Below are positions 44,992 through 55,458 of a stretch of DNA of 64,000 nt, one piece after another. The notes below the pieces were generated by a model. That model saw only the letters and a program-made list of their open reading frames with translations. It was not told where the DNA came from and did not search any database. This DNA comes from Minisyncoccota bacterium (GTDB lineage Bacteria > Verrucomicrobiota > Verrucomicrobiia > Limisphaerales > UBA8199). Both the position numbers and the translations under genes were made by a program. The DNA lies in NCBI GenBank assembly GCA_035452965.1, contig DAOTCE010000016.1, forward strand, positions 3,630 to 67,629, written 5' to 3'. The first letter of the stretch is position 1. Each line of letters opens with the position of its first letter.

Positions 44992-47145
44992 CTAAGGAGA
45001 GTCGGGCAGCATCTGAGCCTTGAGCCGCTCGAAGTGGTCGCGCACACGGGTCTTGGCCGTGAACTCCCAGACGGTGGTGTGCTGTTCGCGCAAGGCCAGC
45101 AAAGCGGCAGACCAGGCCTGGGCCCAGCCGCTTTCGATGGACCAGGCGCCCCAGCCGACGTCCGCCGAACTCGCCCAGGCTTCCCAGCGACGGTCGTCGA
45201 AAGCGCGAAACCAGGTGCCGTTCAGGTAGGGGAACTTTCGCGAGCGAGTCTGGATGCGGCAGAGATACTCAGCCAGCCGGTTTTCAGCGTCCTTGAACCT
45301 ATGGTCGCCAGTCGCACCGACGGCCTCATGCAGGCCGAGCAGGGCGAAGCCGCTGGTGTAAAGCTGGTCGCTGACGGGGTCGCCATTCTGCTGCAACAAC
45401 GGGGTCTCGCCGGTGCCGTAATCTTCGTTGCGCTGGGGCGTTTGGTAGTGGCCGCCATGGACACGACCCAGGCGTTCGTGGATTGCCCCGGAAGGTTGCT
45501 GGCAGGCGAGGAGATCGCCCGCGACACGGTCCAGCCATTGGCGGTGCTCGGGAGTATCTTCCACGCGGACGAGCCAGGCGAGGCAAAGGAGCATGTGGGC
45601 GCGTTCGAGGTTGTCAGACCAGCGCCACTGGTCGGGATAGGCTTTCATGGTCATGGCGATGGCTGTGCGCGACCGATCCAGGAACGGCCGGAACCCGGTG
45701 TGCTGGTAAGCCCATAGATAGCACGCCCAGAGATACGATTCGAAGTGCGGCGCGTAGCTGATGGGCTCGCCCTCGTAATAGGGCCTCCAGCCGTTCTTCT
45801 CCAGGGCCGGCAGGTCGATGCGGTCAGTGCGGAAACCGAGCTTGCCGGTGGTGCGCAGGTTGGCCAGCAGAGCGCGCATGAGACGCTCGTCCCAGCGGGT
45901 GCTCTTCATGGCGGCGGCGGCGACGGCCGTGGCCAGCATGGAGCGGGCGTTGTCATCGCCGTAATTGGCCACGAGCCAGGCGGGCGCAATGTCGCCCCAC
46001 CCAATGAGGCCGAAAGCGCCGTGCTTCGGGTCGTCGCGCGGGCCCCGGCACATGCCGGAGGTGAAATAGACGAAGTCGAGTAGGTTGCTGGCGATCAGGG
46101 CGCTGGATTTGCGACGGTTGAGCTGGTTGTCCAGTGCGAAGACCATAGCAGATTCGAGATTGCAGTCGGCTCGCAGCGGGAGGCGGCGAAGCTGGTTGCC
46201 GTCGAAGAGGATTCCCGAGGCGTAACCTTCCAAAATGCCGAGCGAGCCATCGCCTTCGGGCGCGTCGGGCCCGGCAGGCTCGGCCGTTTCGGCATTGGCG
46301 GCCAGGGCCTCGTAGAGTCGCGACTTCTCTGACGGATGAACCAGCAAGTGCGAGCTGGCGAACCACGCGGCGGACTGCTCAAACGCCTGGCGCTGGAAAC
46401 GGCGGGGCAGCTTGGCGGTGGCGCTGAAAGCGGGTCCCACGACTGGCGTCGCCTTCAACGGGTGGGCGTGCTGCGGATCGAGGGTGGCGAGTATCTTCTC
46501 CCACACAAGCAGCCAATCACCGGCGGGGGCATAGCGTCCGGTGACAAAGCTGCTCAGCCTGGTCGTCGCAACCATTAGCTTGCGCTCCGGCACCTCAAAG
46601 AGAATCGGAAAGGCGTCCTTGTCCGGGATACCGTAAATGGCCGTGTCATAGCCCGCCACCCTTGCCACGACCAGCACGGCGGGCGGCGCGTTGCTGACCG
46701 GCACGAAATGGCAGTCGTGCGCGGCAAGTATGCGGAGGCGGGGAAGCGCGGGCGCCAATCCATCAGAGGACACGACGATGCGCTCCCAAGTGGTGGAGCG
46801 GGGCGGCGCAATGTCGAGGCCGGGAACGGCGGCGGGGTATTCAATGAACAGGCGAAGGTCCTTTTGCCGCGCCAAGTCTAAGCCAGCCGGGCTGAGTGTT
46901 GTCCGGGACGCGGGGTAATTATCCGCCAGCAGCAATACGCCGGAGCCGGGCGGAGCCGCTTCTACTGCGGCGAGTGGCGTCGCGAAGCGCGGATAGCGGG
47001 CCTTGCCCAAGGAGGCGTAGAGGTCGTTCTGTGCGGTACAGCAAAACGTCAAGGCCGCGGTGCCGGGCCTTGCCGCTGACGCAGGAGTGACCGCCACAAG
47101 CAGCGTACCACCCAAAAGTGCGAGCAGAAACGGGGGTAGGTTCAT
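44992..47145 (-). CDS. secreted hypothetical protein, C-terminal half alpha/alpha-toroid-like
   Basis: ORF 44992..47460 with ATG 47145 (MNLPPFLLALLGGTLLVAVTPASA). The upstream 105 codons run through the palindromic repeat and are rejected. No named motif recognised. Confidence 0.55.
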   Translation of the reverse strand: MNLPPFLLALLGGTLLVAVTPASAARPGTAALTFCCTAQNDLYASLGKARYPRFATPLAAVEAAPPGSGVLLLADNYPASRTTLSPAGLDLARQKDLRLFIEYPAAVPGLDIAPPRSTTWERIVVSSDGLAPALPRLRILAAHDCHFVPVSNAPPAVLVVARVAGYDTAIYGIPDKDAFPILFEVPERKLMVATTRLSSFVTGRYAPAGDWLLVWEKILATLDPQHAHPLKATPVVGPAFSATAKLPRRFQRQAFEQSAAWFASSHLLVHPSEKSRLYEALAANAETAEPAGPDAPEGDGSLGILEGYASGILFDGNQLRRLPLRADCNLESAMVFALDNQLNRRKSSALIASNLLDFVYFTSGMCRGPRDDPKHGAFGLIGWGDIAPAWLVANYGDDNARSMLATAVAAAAMKSTRWDERLMRALLANLRTTGKLGFRTDRIDLPALEKNGWRPYYEGEPISYAPHFESYLWACYLWAYQHTGFRPFLDRSRTAIAMTMKAYPDQWRWSDNLERAHMLLCLAWLVRVEDTPEHRQWLDRVAGDLLACQQPSGAIHERLGRVHGGHYQTPQRNEDYGTGETPLLQQNGDPVSDQLYTSGFALLGLHEAVGATGDHRFKDAENRLAEYLCRIQTRSRKFPYLNGTWFRAFDDRRWEAWASSADVGWGAWSIESGWAQAWSAALLALREQHTTVWEFTAKTRVRDHFERLKAQMLPDSP

Positions 47146-47376
47146 TTGGAGTGTAGGATTGGGCGATGATCGGCCAATTGCATTGGATAAGGATGATTGA
47201 AGAGTCAGCCCGAGGCAAGCCAGCCTCGGGCTTGGCCGCCGTTGGCCAAGTAGCGCACTCCACTGATGCAGTCCCGTATCCCTGAACCCGGTAGTCACCC
47301 CACTGAAAACCGGCGTTGTGTCCATTTTTGAGACAGTGATAGTTCCCGAGCGTAGTCTTCCCGGCCAGAAATGCCA

Positions 47377-47480
47377 GTGTGACAACGCTGTGACACCCGT
47401 GATACCCCTGTGTGTATCCCATGGGGATCGCTCCCCATGGGATACACACCGTAGTCCCACTGGATTGGCGCCGTCCCATC
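47377..47480. repeat. copy 3 of the dispersed palindromic element (inverted relative to copy 2; core 47410..47449)
   Basis: The core is GTGTGTATCCCATGGGGA tcgc TCCCCATGGGATACACAC. The flanks are the reverse complement of the copy-2 flanks. Confidence 0.9.
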
Positions 47481-47596
47481 ACCGGAGCTGGTTTGGGAAT
47501 CACGCAGTCAGGGGGGCGACCATCCCAGCTGTGCCGAGCATGGCAATTTCATTGCGGCTTTGCGCTACCAAAGCTATTCCCTGCCAAAGCAGCCGG

Positions 47597-47624
47597 TTGC
47601 CTGCAAAGTGAAATCTCGTATATC
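47597..47624 (+). promoter_or_regulatory. sigma70-like promoter candidate for tyrA-aroA-cmk-plsC
   Basis: TTGCCT (47597-47602), a 16-nt spacer, then TATATC (47619-47624). It shares the -35 hexamer with the rpmI candidate. Confidence 0.3.
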
Positions 47625-47802
47625 CGCTTGCGCCTGCCCGTCTCTTCTCGTGTCTTCATCCAGCAACCCACCGCCAAGCACTGCCGATCCACCAGCCCCG
47701 GCAGCGCCTCCGGAAGCCCTTGCTTCCTTGTATCGCTTCACCGCCACCCCTTTTGCCAACTCGCAGCTTGAATCCTGCAGGGCTAAACCTGAGACTCCGA
47801 GC

Positions 47803-48687
47803 GTGCGCTGGAAGAAGATCACATTGATCGGCGTGGGCCTGCTGGGCGGTTCGCTTGGGATGGCCCTGCGGCGACGCCGGCTTGCGGCATCGGTGGTGGG
47901 GTTTGTCCGGCGCGCAGCCAGTGTGGTCGAGTGCGAAACTCTCCGGGCGGTGGATCGGGCTACTTTAGATTTGGCCGAAGCGGTGCGAGGAGCAGAACTG
48001 GTTGTCCTGTGCACACCCCTGGCCCAAATGCGGCCGCTGGCGGAACAGATGCTGCCGGCGCTCAAGCCGGGGGCCATCGTGACCGACGTAGGGAGCGTCA
48101 AGGCCAGCGTCGCGCGGGACCTGGAAGCGCTCCTGGCGAAAGCGGGGGCACACTTTGTAGGCAGCCACCCGATGGCCGGTGCCGAAAAGATGGGCGTCGT
48201 GGCGGCGCGGGCAGATTTGCTTGCCAACGCCGTGTGCGTCGTTACCCCCACACGGAAGTCGAGCTCGGCTGCAGTGCAGAAGGTGGAGCAGTTCTGGAAG
48301 GCGGTCGGCTGCCGCATACTTCGGCTCACGCCAGAGACGCACGATGAGCTGGTGAGCCGCTCCAGCCACCTGCCACATGTAGTGGCCGCCCAGCTAGCGA
48401 ACCTGATTCTCAGCCCGAACCGCCCGAAAGAACAGGCAACGCTCTGCGCCAACGGCTTTCGGGATACGACGCGTATTGCAGTCAGTTCCCCGGAAATGTG
48501 GCGAGACATCACCCTGGCCAACCGGAAGAACCTGCTGCGGGCATTGGCGGTCTTCACCACGGGCTTGCAGCAGTTCAAGCGCGCACTGAAGGCCGGGGAT
48601 GGGCGGGCTGTGTCGAGGTTCTTCGAACAGGCCAGGCAAAAGCGCGAGGAGTGGGCGGCACACGCCGGCTCGCGCTCGCCGGAGTGA
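47803..48687 (+). CDS. tyrA: prephenate dehydrogenase
   Basis: ORF 47560..48687. I prefer GTG 47803 (VRWKKITLIGVGLLGGSLGMAL Rossmann motif). Also VTDVGSVK and FVGSHPMAGAEK. The upstream Pro/Ala/Ser-rich extension is not protein-like. Confidence 0.85.
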   Translation: MRWKKITLIGVGLLGGSLGMALRRRRLAASVVGFVRRAASVVECETLRAVDRATLDLAEAVRGAELVVLCTPLAQMRPLAEQMLPALKPGAIVTDVGSVKASVARDLEALLAKAGAHFVGSHPMAGAEKMGVVAARADLLANAVCVVTPTRKSSSAAVQKVEQFWKAVGCRILRLTPETHDELVSRSSHLPHVVAAQLANLILSPNRPKEQATLCANGFRDTTRIAVSSPEMWRDITLANRKNLLRALAVFTTGLQQFKRALKAGDGRAVSRFFEQARQKREEWAAHAGSRSPE

Positions 48688-48713
48688 AAGCCGTGCAACT
48701 TCCGGTCTAGACT

Positions 48714-50000
48714 ATGGCGTTGCCCGACCTCGTTGAAATCGTTCCGCTCGACAAGCCGGTGCAGGCCGAGATCACGGTGCCGGGGTCAAAGAGCATTACA
48801 AACCGCGCACTGATCCTGGCGGCGTTGAGCGAGGGCGAAACGACCTTGCATGGCGCGCTGTGGAGCGAGGACACGCAGGTAATGACCGAGTGCCTGCAGG
48901 AACTGGGGTTCATGGTGAACGTCGAGAACGATCCGCATGAGCCGTGCAATCGCACCATCACCGTTTACGGCAAAGGCGGCCAGGTGCCCCGCGGCGGCAC
49001 CGCGACGCAGCCATTGGAGCTCTTCGTCGGCAATGCCGGCACGGCGGCTCGGTTTCTGACGGCGCTGGTTTGCCTGGGTGACGGCGTCTATCGGCTGACT
49101 GGCGTGCCGCGCATGCACGAGCGCCCCCAAGCCGCGCTGTTCCAGGCGTTGCGCGAGCTGGGCTACCGGATCGAGTCGGCCAACGGCAAGCTCCCGGCAC
49201 TGGTCCACGGCCGCGGCCCGCATGCAGCAAGGAGCCAGGTGAGCATTGCTGAAAGCTCACAGTTCGCCTCAGCGCTCCTGCTTTGTTCGGACGCTGGCAG
49301 GTGGCAGGTCGAGGTGTCGGAAGAGAACGCCGAGGAGTCACCCTACGTCGCCATGACGCGGAATTTGATTGCGGGATTTCCTCGAAGCGGAGGCCGGTTT
49401 CAGATTGAACCGGATGCATCGAGCGCCAGTTACTTCCTGGCCGCGGGCTCCCTTCTATCCCTCAGCGAGCCTGCCTTAGCGTCGGTGGTAAATGTCCATG
49501 CCGGGCCAGTTACAGACTGGCAGGTGGACTCCAAATTCCGGCGCTTTCTGCCTCTGCCGGCCAGCATCTCGCGCCTCACCGACCTGGGCGACAGCATAAT
49601 GACGGCGGTGATCCTGGCGCCGTTTTCGCAACGGACCGTCCAGTTCACCGATCTTGGCCGCTTGCGTGCCCAGGAGTGCGAACGCGTCGCGGCTCTCCGC
49701 ACCGAGTTGACGAGGTGCGGCGGAACGGTGATCGAAGAAGGAGACACGCTGACAGTTCATCCCTCCCGGCTTCACGGCGCGGAGATTGAAACCTACCACG
49801 ATCACCGCATGGCCATGTGCTTTGCGATTCTGGGATTGAAAGTTGCCGGAATAAAACTCAAGAATTCCGTGTGCGTGAAGAAGACGTTCCCGAATTTCCT
49901 CCAGAAGCTGGCCGCCCCCCCGCCCGGCGGACTGGGAGCGAAGCTGCTAGAGGCAAAGGGCGGACGTATCCTCAGCGAAGCTGAACTGTTTGCTGAATGA
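48714..50000 (+). CDS. aroA: 3-phosphoshikimate 1-carboxyvinyltransferase (EPSP synthase)
   Basis: GSKSITNRALILAAL and LFVGNAGTAARFL. 428 aa. Confidence 0.95.
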   Translation: MALPDLVEIVPLDKPVQAEITVPGSKSITNRALILAALSEGETTLHGALWSEDTQVMTECLQELGFMVNVENDPHEPCNRTITVYGKGGQVPRGGTATQPLELFVGNAGTAARFLTALVCLGDGVYRLTGVPRMHERPQAALFQALRELGYRIESANGKLPALVHGRGPHAARSQVSIAESSQFASALLLCSDAGRWQVEVSEENAEESPYVAMTRNLIAGFPRSGGRFQIEPDASSASYFLAAGSLLSLSEPALASVVNVHAGPVTDWQVDSKFRRFLPLPASISRLTDLGDSIMTAVILAPFSQRTVQFTDLGRLRAQECERVAALRTELTRCGGTVIEEGDTLTVHPSRLHGAEIETYHDHRMAMCFAILGLKVAGIKLKNSVCVKKTFPNFLQKLAAPPPGGLGAKLLEAKGGRILSEAELFAE

Positions 50001-50025
50001 ATCCACTACACCCGTTAGGAAACCG

Positions 50026-50706
50026 ATGTTGCAGCCCAATCGAAGGCCACCGATCGTAATCGCCATTGACGGCACGAGCGCCAGCGGCAAGAGCACCAAC
50101 TCCAAGCTGGTGGCCAAGGCGCTGGGCTTCGTGCATGTGGATACCGGCGCCATGTATCGGACGCTGGCGTGGTATTGCCTGCAGCAGCGGATTGACGTGC
50201 AGAACGCCAAGGCCGTGGCGGCTGCCTGCCGCCGCTGGAAGACGGCGCTCAAATGCAGCGACGGCCACGCCTACTTGGTGGTGGACGGCTATTACCCCGC
50301 CCAGGAGATTCGGACCGCCGAGGTCAGCGGAGCGGTGTCACACGTGGCCACCGTGCCCAAAGTGCGCGACTGGATGAAAAGGAAGCAACGCGAGTGCATC
50401 CAGTTCGGCAATTTGGTTATGGAAGGTCGGGACATCGGCACCAATGTATTCCCGGAAACCGATTTCAAATATTACCTGGATGCGAAGCTGGAAGAACGCT
50501 CCCGCCGCCGGGCCGCCGACGGCATCCAGGAAAATCTCGCGGCTCGCGACCAGCGGGACAGTCAGCGCGCCGCGGCTCCCCTCATGATCGCGCTGGGGGC
50601 CAGGGTCATCAACAACTCGCAAATGACCTCGGAGCAAACCAGCGGGACAATCCTGGCGGATATCCGAAAGCGGCTGGCGGATGCGGAGAAGGCTCGAGGC
50701 AGATGA
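50026..50706 (+). CDS. cmk: cytidylate kinase
   Basis: ORF 49990..50706 with ATG 50026. The P-loop is IAIDGTSASGKST. Sits in the typical aroA-cmk context. Confidence 0.9.
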   Translation: MLQPNRRPPIVIAIDGTSASGKSTNSKLVAKALGFVHVDTGAMYRTLAWYCLQQRIDVQNAKAVAAACRRWKTALKCSDGHAYLVVDGYYPAQEIRTAEVSGAVSHVATVPKVRDWMKRKQRECIQFGNLVMEGRDIGTNVFPETDFKYYLDAKLEERSRRRAADGIQENLAARDQRDSQRAAAPLMIALGARVINNSQMTSEQTSGTILADIRKRLADAEKARGR

Positions 50707-50712
50707 GCCGCC

Positions 50713-51366
50713 ATGAACTTTTGGTATTTCCTCGGTTGGTGCGGCTATCGGCTGCTCTACAAGTTCTACTTCCGCTGGCGGGTGTATAACGCCGAGCGGG
50801 TCCCGCTGGAAGGCGGGGTGATCCTGGCCTCCAACCACGCCAGTTACCTCGATCCGCCCCTGGTGGGTGCCGGCTTGCGGCGTGGCATCAACTACCTCGC
50901 CCGGGAGAACCTCTTCCGGTTCCCGATAATGGGCTGGGTCCTCCGCCAATGGCAGGTCGTGCCCGTGGACCGGGATGGCGGCGGAGCGGCGGGGCTCAGG
51001 GCGATTCTGGACCGGTTGCTGGCTGGCGGAGCCATTATTCTCTTCCCCGAAGGCACACGGACGCGAGATGGCAAGCTGCAACCAGCCCGATCGGGCATTG
51101 GGCTAACAGTTATCAAGTCCACGGCGCCGGTAGTGCCAGTGCGCGTCTTCGGCACCTACGCCGCGTATGGGCGGCACCTGCTCTTCCCTCGCCCTCGCCG
51201 GGTGGCAGTGAAGTATGGCCAGCCATTGGACTTCGAACAACTGCGAGCCGAGGCAAAGACCTGCTCGAAACCGCGCCTTAAGGAGATTTACCAACAGGTC
51301 GCCGACGAGATCATGGCGGCGATCGCCAAACTCGAACCGCACGCAGACAAGGCCCGCTTCCCGTAA
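50713..51366 (+). CDS. plsC: 1-acyl-sn-glycerol-3-phosphate acyltransferase
   Basis: NHASYLDP (HX4D) and FPEGTRT motifs. Confidence 0.85.
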   Translation: MNFWYFLGWCGYRLLYKFYFRWRVYNAERVPLEGGVILASNHASYLDPPLVGAGLRRGINYLARENLFRFPIMGWVLRQWQVVPVDRDGGGAAGLRAILDRLLAGGAIILFPEGTRTRDGKLQPARSGIGLTVIKSTAPVVPVRVFGTYAAYGRHLLFPRPRRVAVKYGQPLDFEQLRAEAKTCSKPRLKEIYQQVADEIMAAIAKLEPHADKARFP

Positions 51367-51389
51367 GGGTCACTCAACAAGCGAGCGGA

Positions 51390-52694
51390 TCAGACTTTCG
51401 GCTCCCAACCCGGCCGGTAGGTGCGGCTGGCGAAAGCAGTGGCCGCCTCATCGCCGACAATCCGCCGCGTCTTAGGGTCAAAGTTGATCGTGTGCCCGGT
51501 GCGCCAGGCGATGTTGGCCAGGTGACAAAGCACCGTGCTCTTCTGGCCCTCCTCGATCTCGGACTTGAGTTCTTTGCCTTCCCGGATGCCATCCAGGAAG
51601 TTGGCGAAATGGACGGAGTCAAAGTCAAACAAGCCGTCGCGCTTGCTCTTGATTTCGCGGAGCACCTTGTTGTTCAGGTCGTAAATGGTGGTGTTGTTCC
51701 CAGCCATCGCCAGGCAACCCTTTTCGCCGTAGAAATTGACGCCAACGCTGGCGCCTTCAAATCCGCGCGGGGCGCAGCTCTGGCAGTCCCAGGCAATGCC
51801 CTTGTCCCCATAGTCGAACGTGGCGCCCATCGTATCCGGGGTTTCCCAATCGTCCTGGTAGAAATACCGGTTTCCGCCGCAGGTAATCCGACTCGGGAGA
51901 TCGACTTGCAGGCCCCAGCGAGCCAGGTCAAGCATGTGGACACCGTTGTTGCCACTTTCGCCCGTGCCCCAGTTCCAAAACCAGTGCCAGTTGTAATGGA
52001 TGATGTTGTCCTGAAAAGGCCGCTCAGGCGCGGGCCCTTGCCACAAGCCGTAATCAAGCCATTCGGGAACCGGCGCCGGCTTGCCACGGCCAATCGAGGT
52101 GCGGCGATTGGCGTACCAGCCGCGGGCGAAGGAGACCTTCCCCAACTCGCCCGCATGGAGCGCCTGGATAGACTCGATTACCCAGGGCCAACTGCGCCGC
52201 TGGTTGCCCATCTGCACGACGCGCTTATACTTGCGCGCGGCGGCCACCATAAGCTCGCTTTCGCGCAAGTTGTGGCTGCCGGGCTTCTCGATATAGACAT
52301 GCTTGCCCGCCGCGCAGGCAAGGATAGTGGCCGGCGCGTGCCAATGCTCGGGCATGGCGATGGATACTGCGTCAAGGTCGGCCTTTTCCAGGATGGTGCG
52401 GAAGTCTTTGACGCCCTGGGGTCGCCGCTGCTGCTTCTTGGCGACGGCAGCAATGCCTTTCTCGACGGCGCGGCTGTCCACGTCGCAGATGTAGCCAATC
52501 TCGGCATTGGGCAGCGCCAGGTAGCCCGAGATATGAGCCATGCCGCGGCCGTTGCAGCCGATGATGGCGACAACGACCTTCTCGTTCGGGCTCCTGGCCC
52601 CCCGCAGCGAGGCGGCGCCGCCCAGGACACCCAATCCCGCAGCGAGCGCGGATGTTTGCTTAAGAAAGTTCCGGCGATTAATTGAGTCAGTCAT
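51390..52694 (-). CDS. TAT-signal Gfo/Idh/MocA family oxidoreductase
   Basis: ORF 51390..53066 with ATG 52694 (MTDSINRRNFLKQTSALAAGLGVLGGAASLRGA). Rossmann motif VVVAIIGCNGRG. Confidence 0.8.
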   Translation of the reverse strand: MTDSINRRNFLKQTSALAAGLGVLGGAASLRGARSPNEKVVVAIIGCNGRGMAHISGYLALPNAEIGYICDVDSRAVEKGIAAVAKKQQRRPQGVKDFRTILEKADLDAVSIAMPEHWHAPATILACAAGKHVYIEKPGSHNLRESELMVAAARKYKRVVQMGNQRRSWPWVIESIQALHAGELGKVSFARGWYANRRTSIGRGKPAPVPEWLDYGLWQGPAPERPFQDNIIHYNWHWFWNWGTGESGNNGVHMLDLARWGLQVDLPSRITCGGNRYFYQDDWETPDTMGATFDYGDKGIAWDCQSCAPRGFEGASVGVNFYGEKGCLAMAGNNTTIYDLNNKVLREIKSKRDGLFDFDSVHFANFLDGIREGKELKSEIEEGQKSTVLCHLANIAWRTGHTINFDPKTRRIVGDEAATAFASRTYRPGWEPKV

Positions 52695-52758
52695 GGCGCC
52701 ATGAAATGGTCTTGCGGGGATTCTGGCAAGCAAACTCGGCACTGCCAAGTGAGAGGCT

Positions 52759-53091
52759 TCAGATGCCGAGATTCGAAAGCGTGCCGCTAATGGAGTTGAC
52801 GATTTGGACGAGCCGGGGGTGAGATTCTTCGAGTTCCCTGACCGCCGAGCCCAACCCCTGGAGCGAGAGTTTGAGCGACTCCGGATTCTGTTTCGCGCGA
52901 GTGGCCTCGTGGGCGGAAACATCCGTGAACCTGGCAATGCTTTGGGCCTGCTCCTCGTGTGTCTTGGACAACTCGGCAACCTCCGACTTGAGTGTGCCAA
53001 GCAATTCCAATAACTCCTGCCGACGCTCCTCCTTGACGGCCTCGACGCTCCGGATTCTCTCTTCAATCTTGCCTATGGTGTTCTCGATCAT
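52759..53091 (-). CDS. DUF4404-like small coiled-coil protein
   Basis: ATG 53091 (MIENTIGKIEERI). The C-terminal ...LEESHPRLVQIVNSISGTLSNLGI matches the DUF4404 ending as I recall it. Confidence 0.5.
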   Translation of the reverse strand: MIENTIGKIEERIRSVEAVKEERRQELLELLGTLKSEVAELSKTHEEQAQSIARFTDVSAHEATRAKQNPESLKLSLQGLGSAVRELEESHPRLVQIVNSISGTLSNLGI

Positions 53092-53258
53092 CGTTATGGC
53101 TTCGGCTTCCGGTCTAAAGATACTGTTTGCTGAAAGGCTGGCAAGCAACACAAACGCGGCGAGATATCACACCACAGGAAGGTGGATCCGGGCAGGAGGG
53201 CCACGGCATCCAGCAGTGTTGCTGAACGTCCCCGTGCAGAGGGGCAAAGCCGGCCGCT

Positions 53259-53924
53259 TCAACGCGTTGTCGGGTCCAGTCGCTTGAGGAGTGGCTGCAC
53301 CAGCTTCCAAATGGCGGCCTGAGTGGTGGCGACGTCTCCGGCGGCGTCGAATTGCCGCACGCGTTGCGGCTCGGCCGCGGCGATGGCCTGATACCCCTGA
53401 GCCACGCGATCGAAGAATGCCTGATCCGCCTCCTCGAACCGGTCGCGCTTGATGGTCAACGGCAAGGTGGGCTGGCGAGCCCGCCGGCGGGCTGCGCTGA
53501 CTTCGTGCGAAACGACAAAGAGCAGCGTCAACTCCGGCCGGGTATCGCCCACAGCCACATCAATGATGCTCTTGACCATCTGCAAGTTCAGCTGGCGCCC
53601 GTATCCCTGATAGGCGGTGGTAGAATCATAGAAGCGGTCGCACAGGACAATCTGGCCGGACACAAGGGCGGGGCGGATCACTTCGCGGACCAGTTGAGCA
53701 CGGCTGGCGTTCATAAGAAGTAGTTCGGCCTCGGGGGTCATGGCGTGGTTGGCCGGGCTGTGCTTGAGTGTGTGGCGAATCTCCTCCCCGACGGGTGTGC
53801 CGCCGGGTTCGCGCAAGGTGCGAACTCCATAGCCCATTGACCGCAGGCGCTCCGCCAGCAGCGATATCTGGGTCGTCTTTCCGCTGCCTTCCGTCCCTTC
53901 GAAAGTAATGAAAACGCCCTTCAT
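53259..53924 (-). CDS. tmk: thymidylate kinase
   Basis: FITFEGTEGSGKTTQ P-loop. Starts 1 nt after the cysS stop. Confidence 0.9.
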   Translation of the reverse strand: MKGVFITFEGTEGSGKTTQISLLAERLRSMGYGVRTLREPGGTPVGEEIRHTLKHSPANHAMTPEAELLLMNASRAQLVREVIRPALVSGQIVLCDRFYDSTTAYQGYGRQLNLQMVKSIIDVAVGDTRPELTLLFVVSHEVSAARRRARQPTLPLTIKRDRFEEADQAFFDRVAQGYQAIAAAEPQRVRQFDAAGDVATTQAAIWKLVQPLLKRLDPTTR

Positions 53925-53925
53925 G

Positions 53926-55341
<1,416 letters not shown>

Positions 55342-55458
55342 ACACGAATGCGTGGGAGATTAGGGGCGAAGCGCGGAAAGGAAAGGATAAAGTCCGCCGC
55401 GAAGACGGGATTGGAGTTGTAACCACTGCCTCTATTCGCTTAAGAATCAAGAAGACGG

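Noticed and set aside
12929-47449. The three CCATGGGG palindromes as a CRISPR array or degenerate CRISPR repeats
   Set aside because: The copies are 13-21 kb apart rather than regularly spaced by about 30-nt spacers. One copy is inverted. No cas gene is present in the window.
47146-47460. N-terminal extensions suggested by the ORF track. Affected ORFs are 44992-47460, 42315-45047, 8097-10037, 51390-53066, 26249-27898, 30232-30969, 59629-61440 and 23328-24668.
   Set aside because: In each case an internal ATG is followed immediately by a signal or TAT peptide. The upstream codons are non-protein-like or overlap a repeat or a neighbouring gene, so I chose the shorter gene models.
47560-47802. 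81-codon N-terminal extension of tyrA
   Set aside because: The sequence is Pro/Ala/Ser-rich and precedes the Rossmann motif, which normally sits at the extreme N-terminus. A promoter-like element lies inside it. I prefer GTG 47803, though this is unproven.
47574-48698. 374-aa minus-strand ORF exactly antisense to tyrA
   Set aside because: tyrA on the plus strand has clear Rossmann and prephenate dehydrogenase motifs. The antisense product is Ser/Arg/Ala-rich and lacks any motif.
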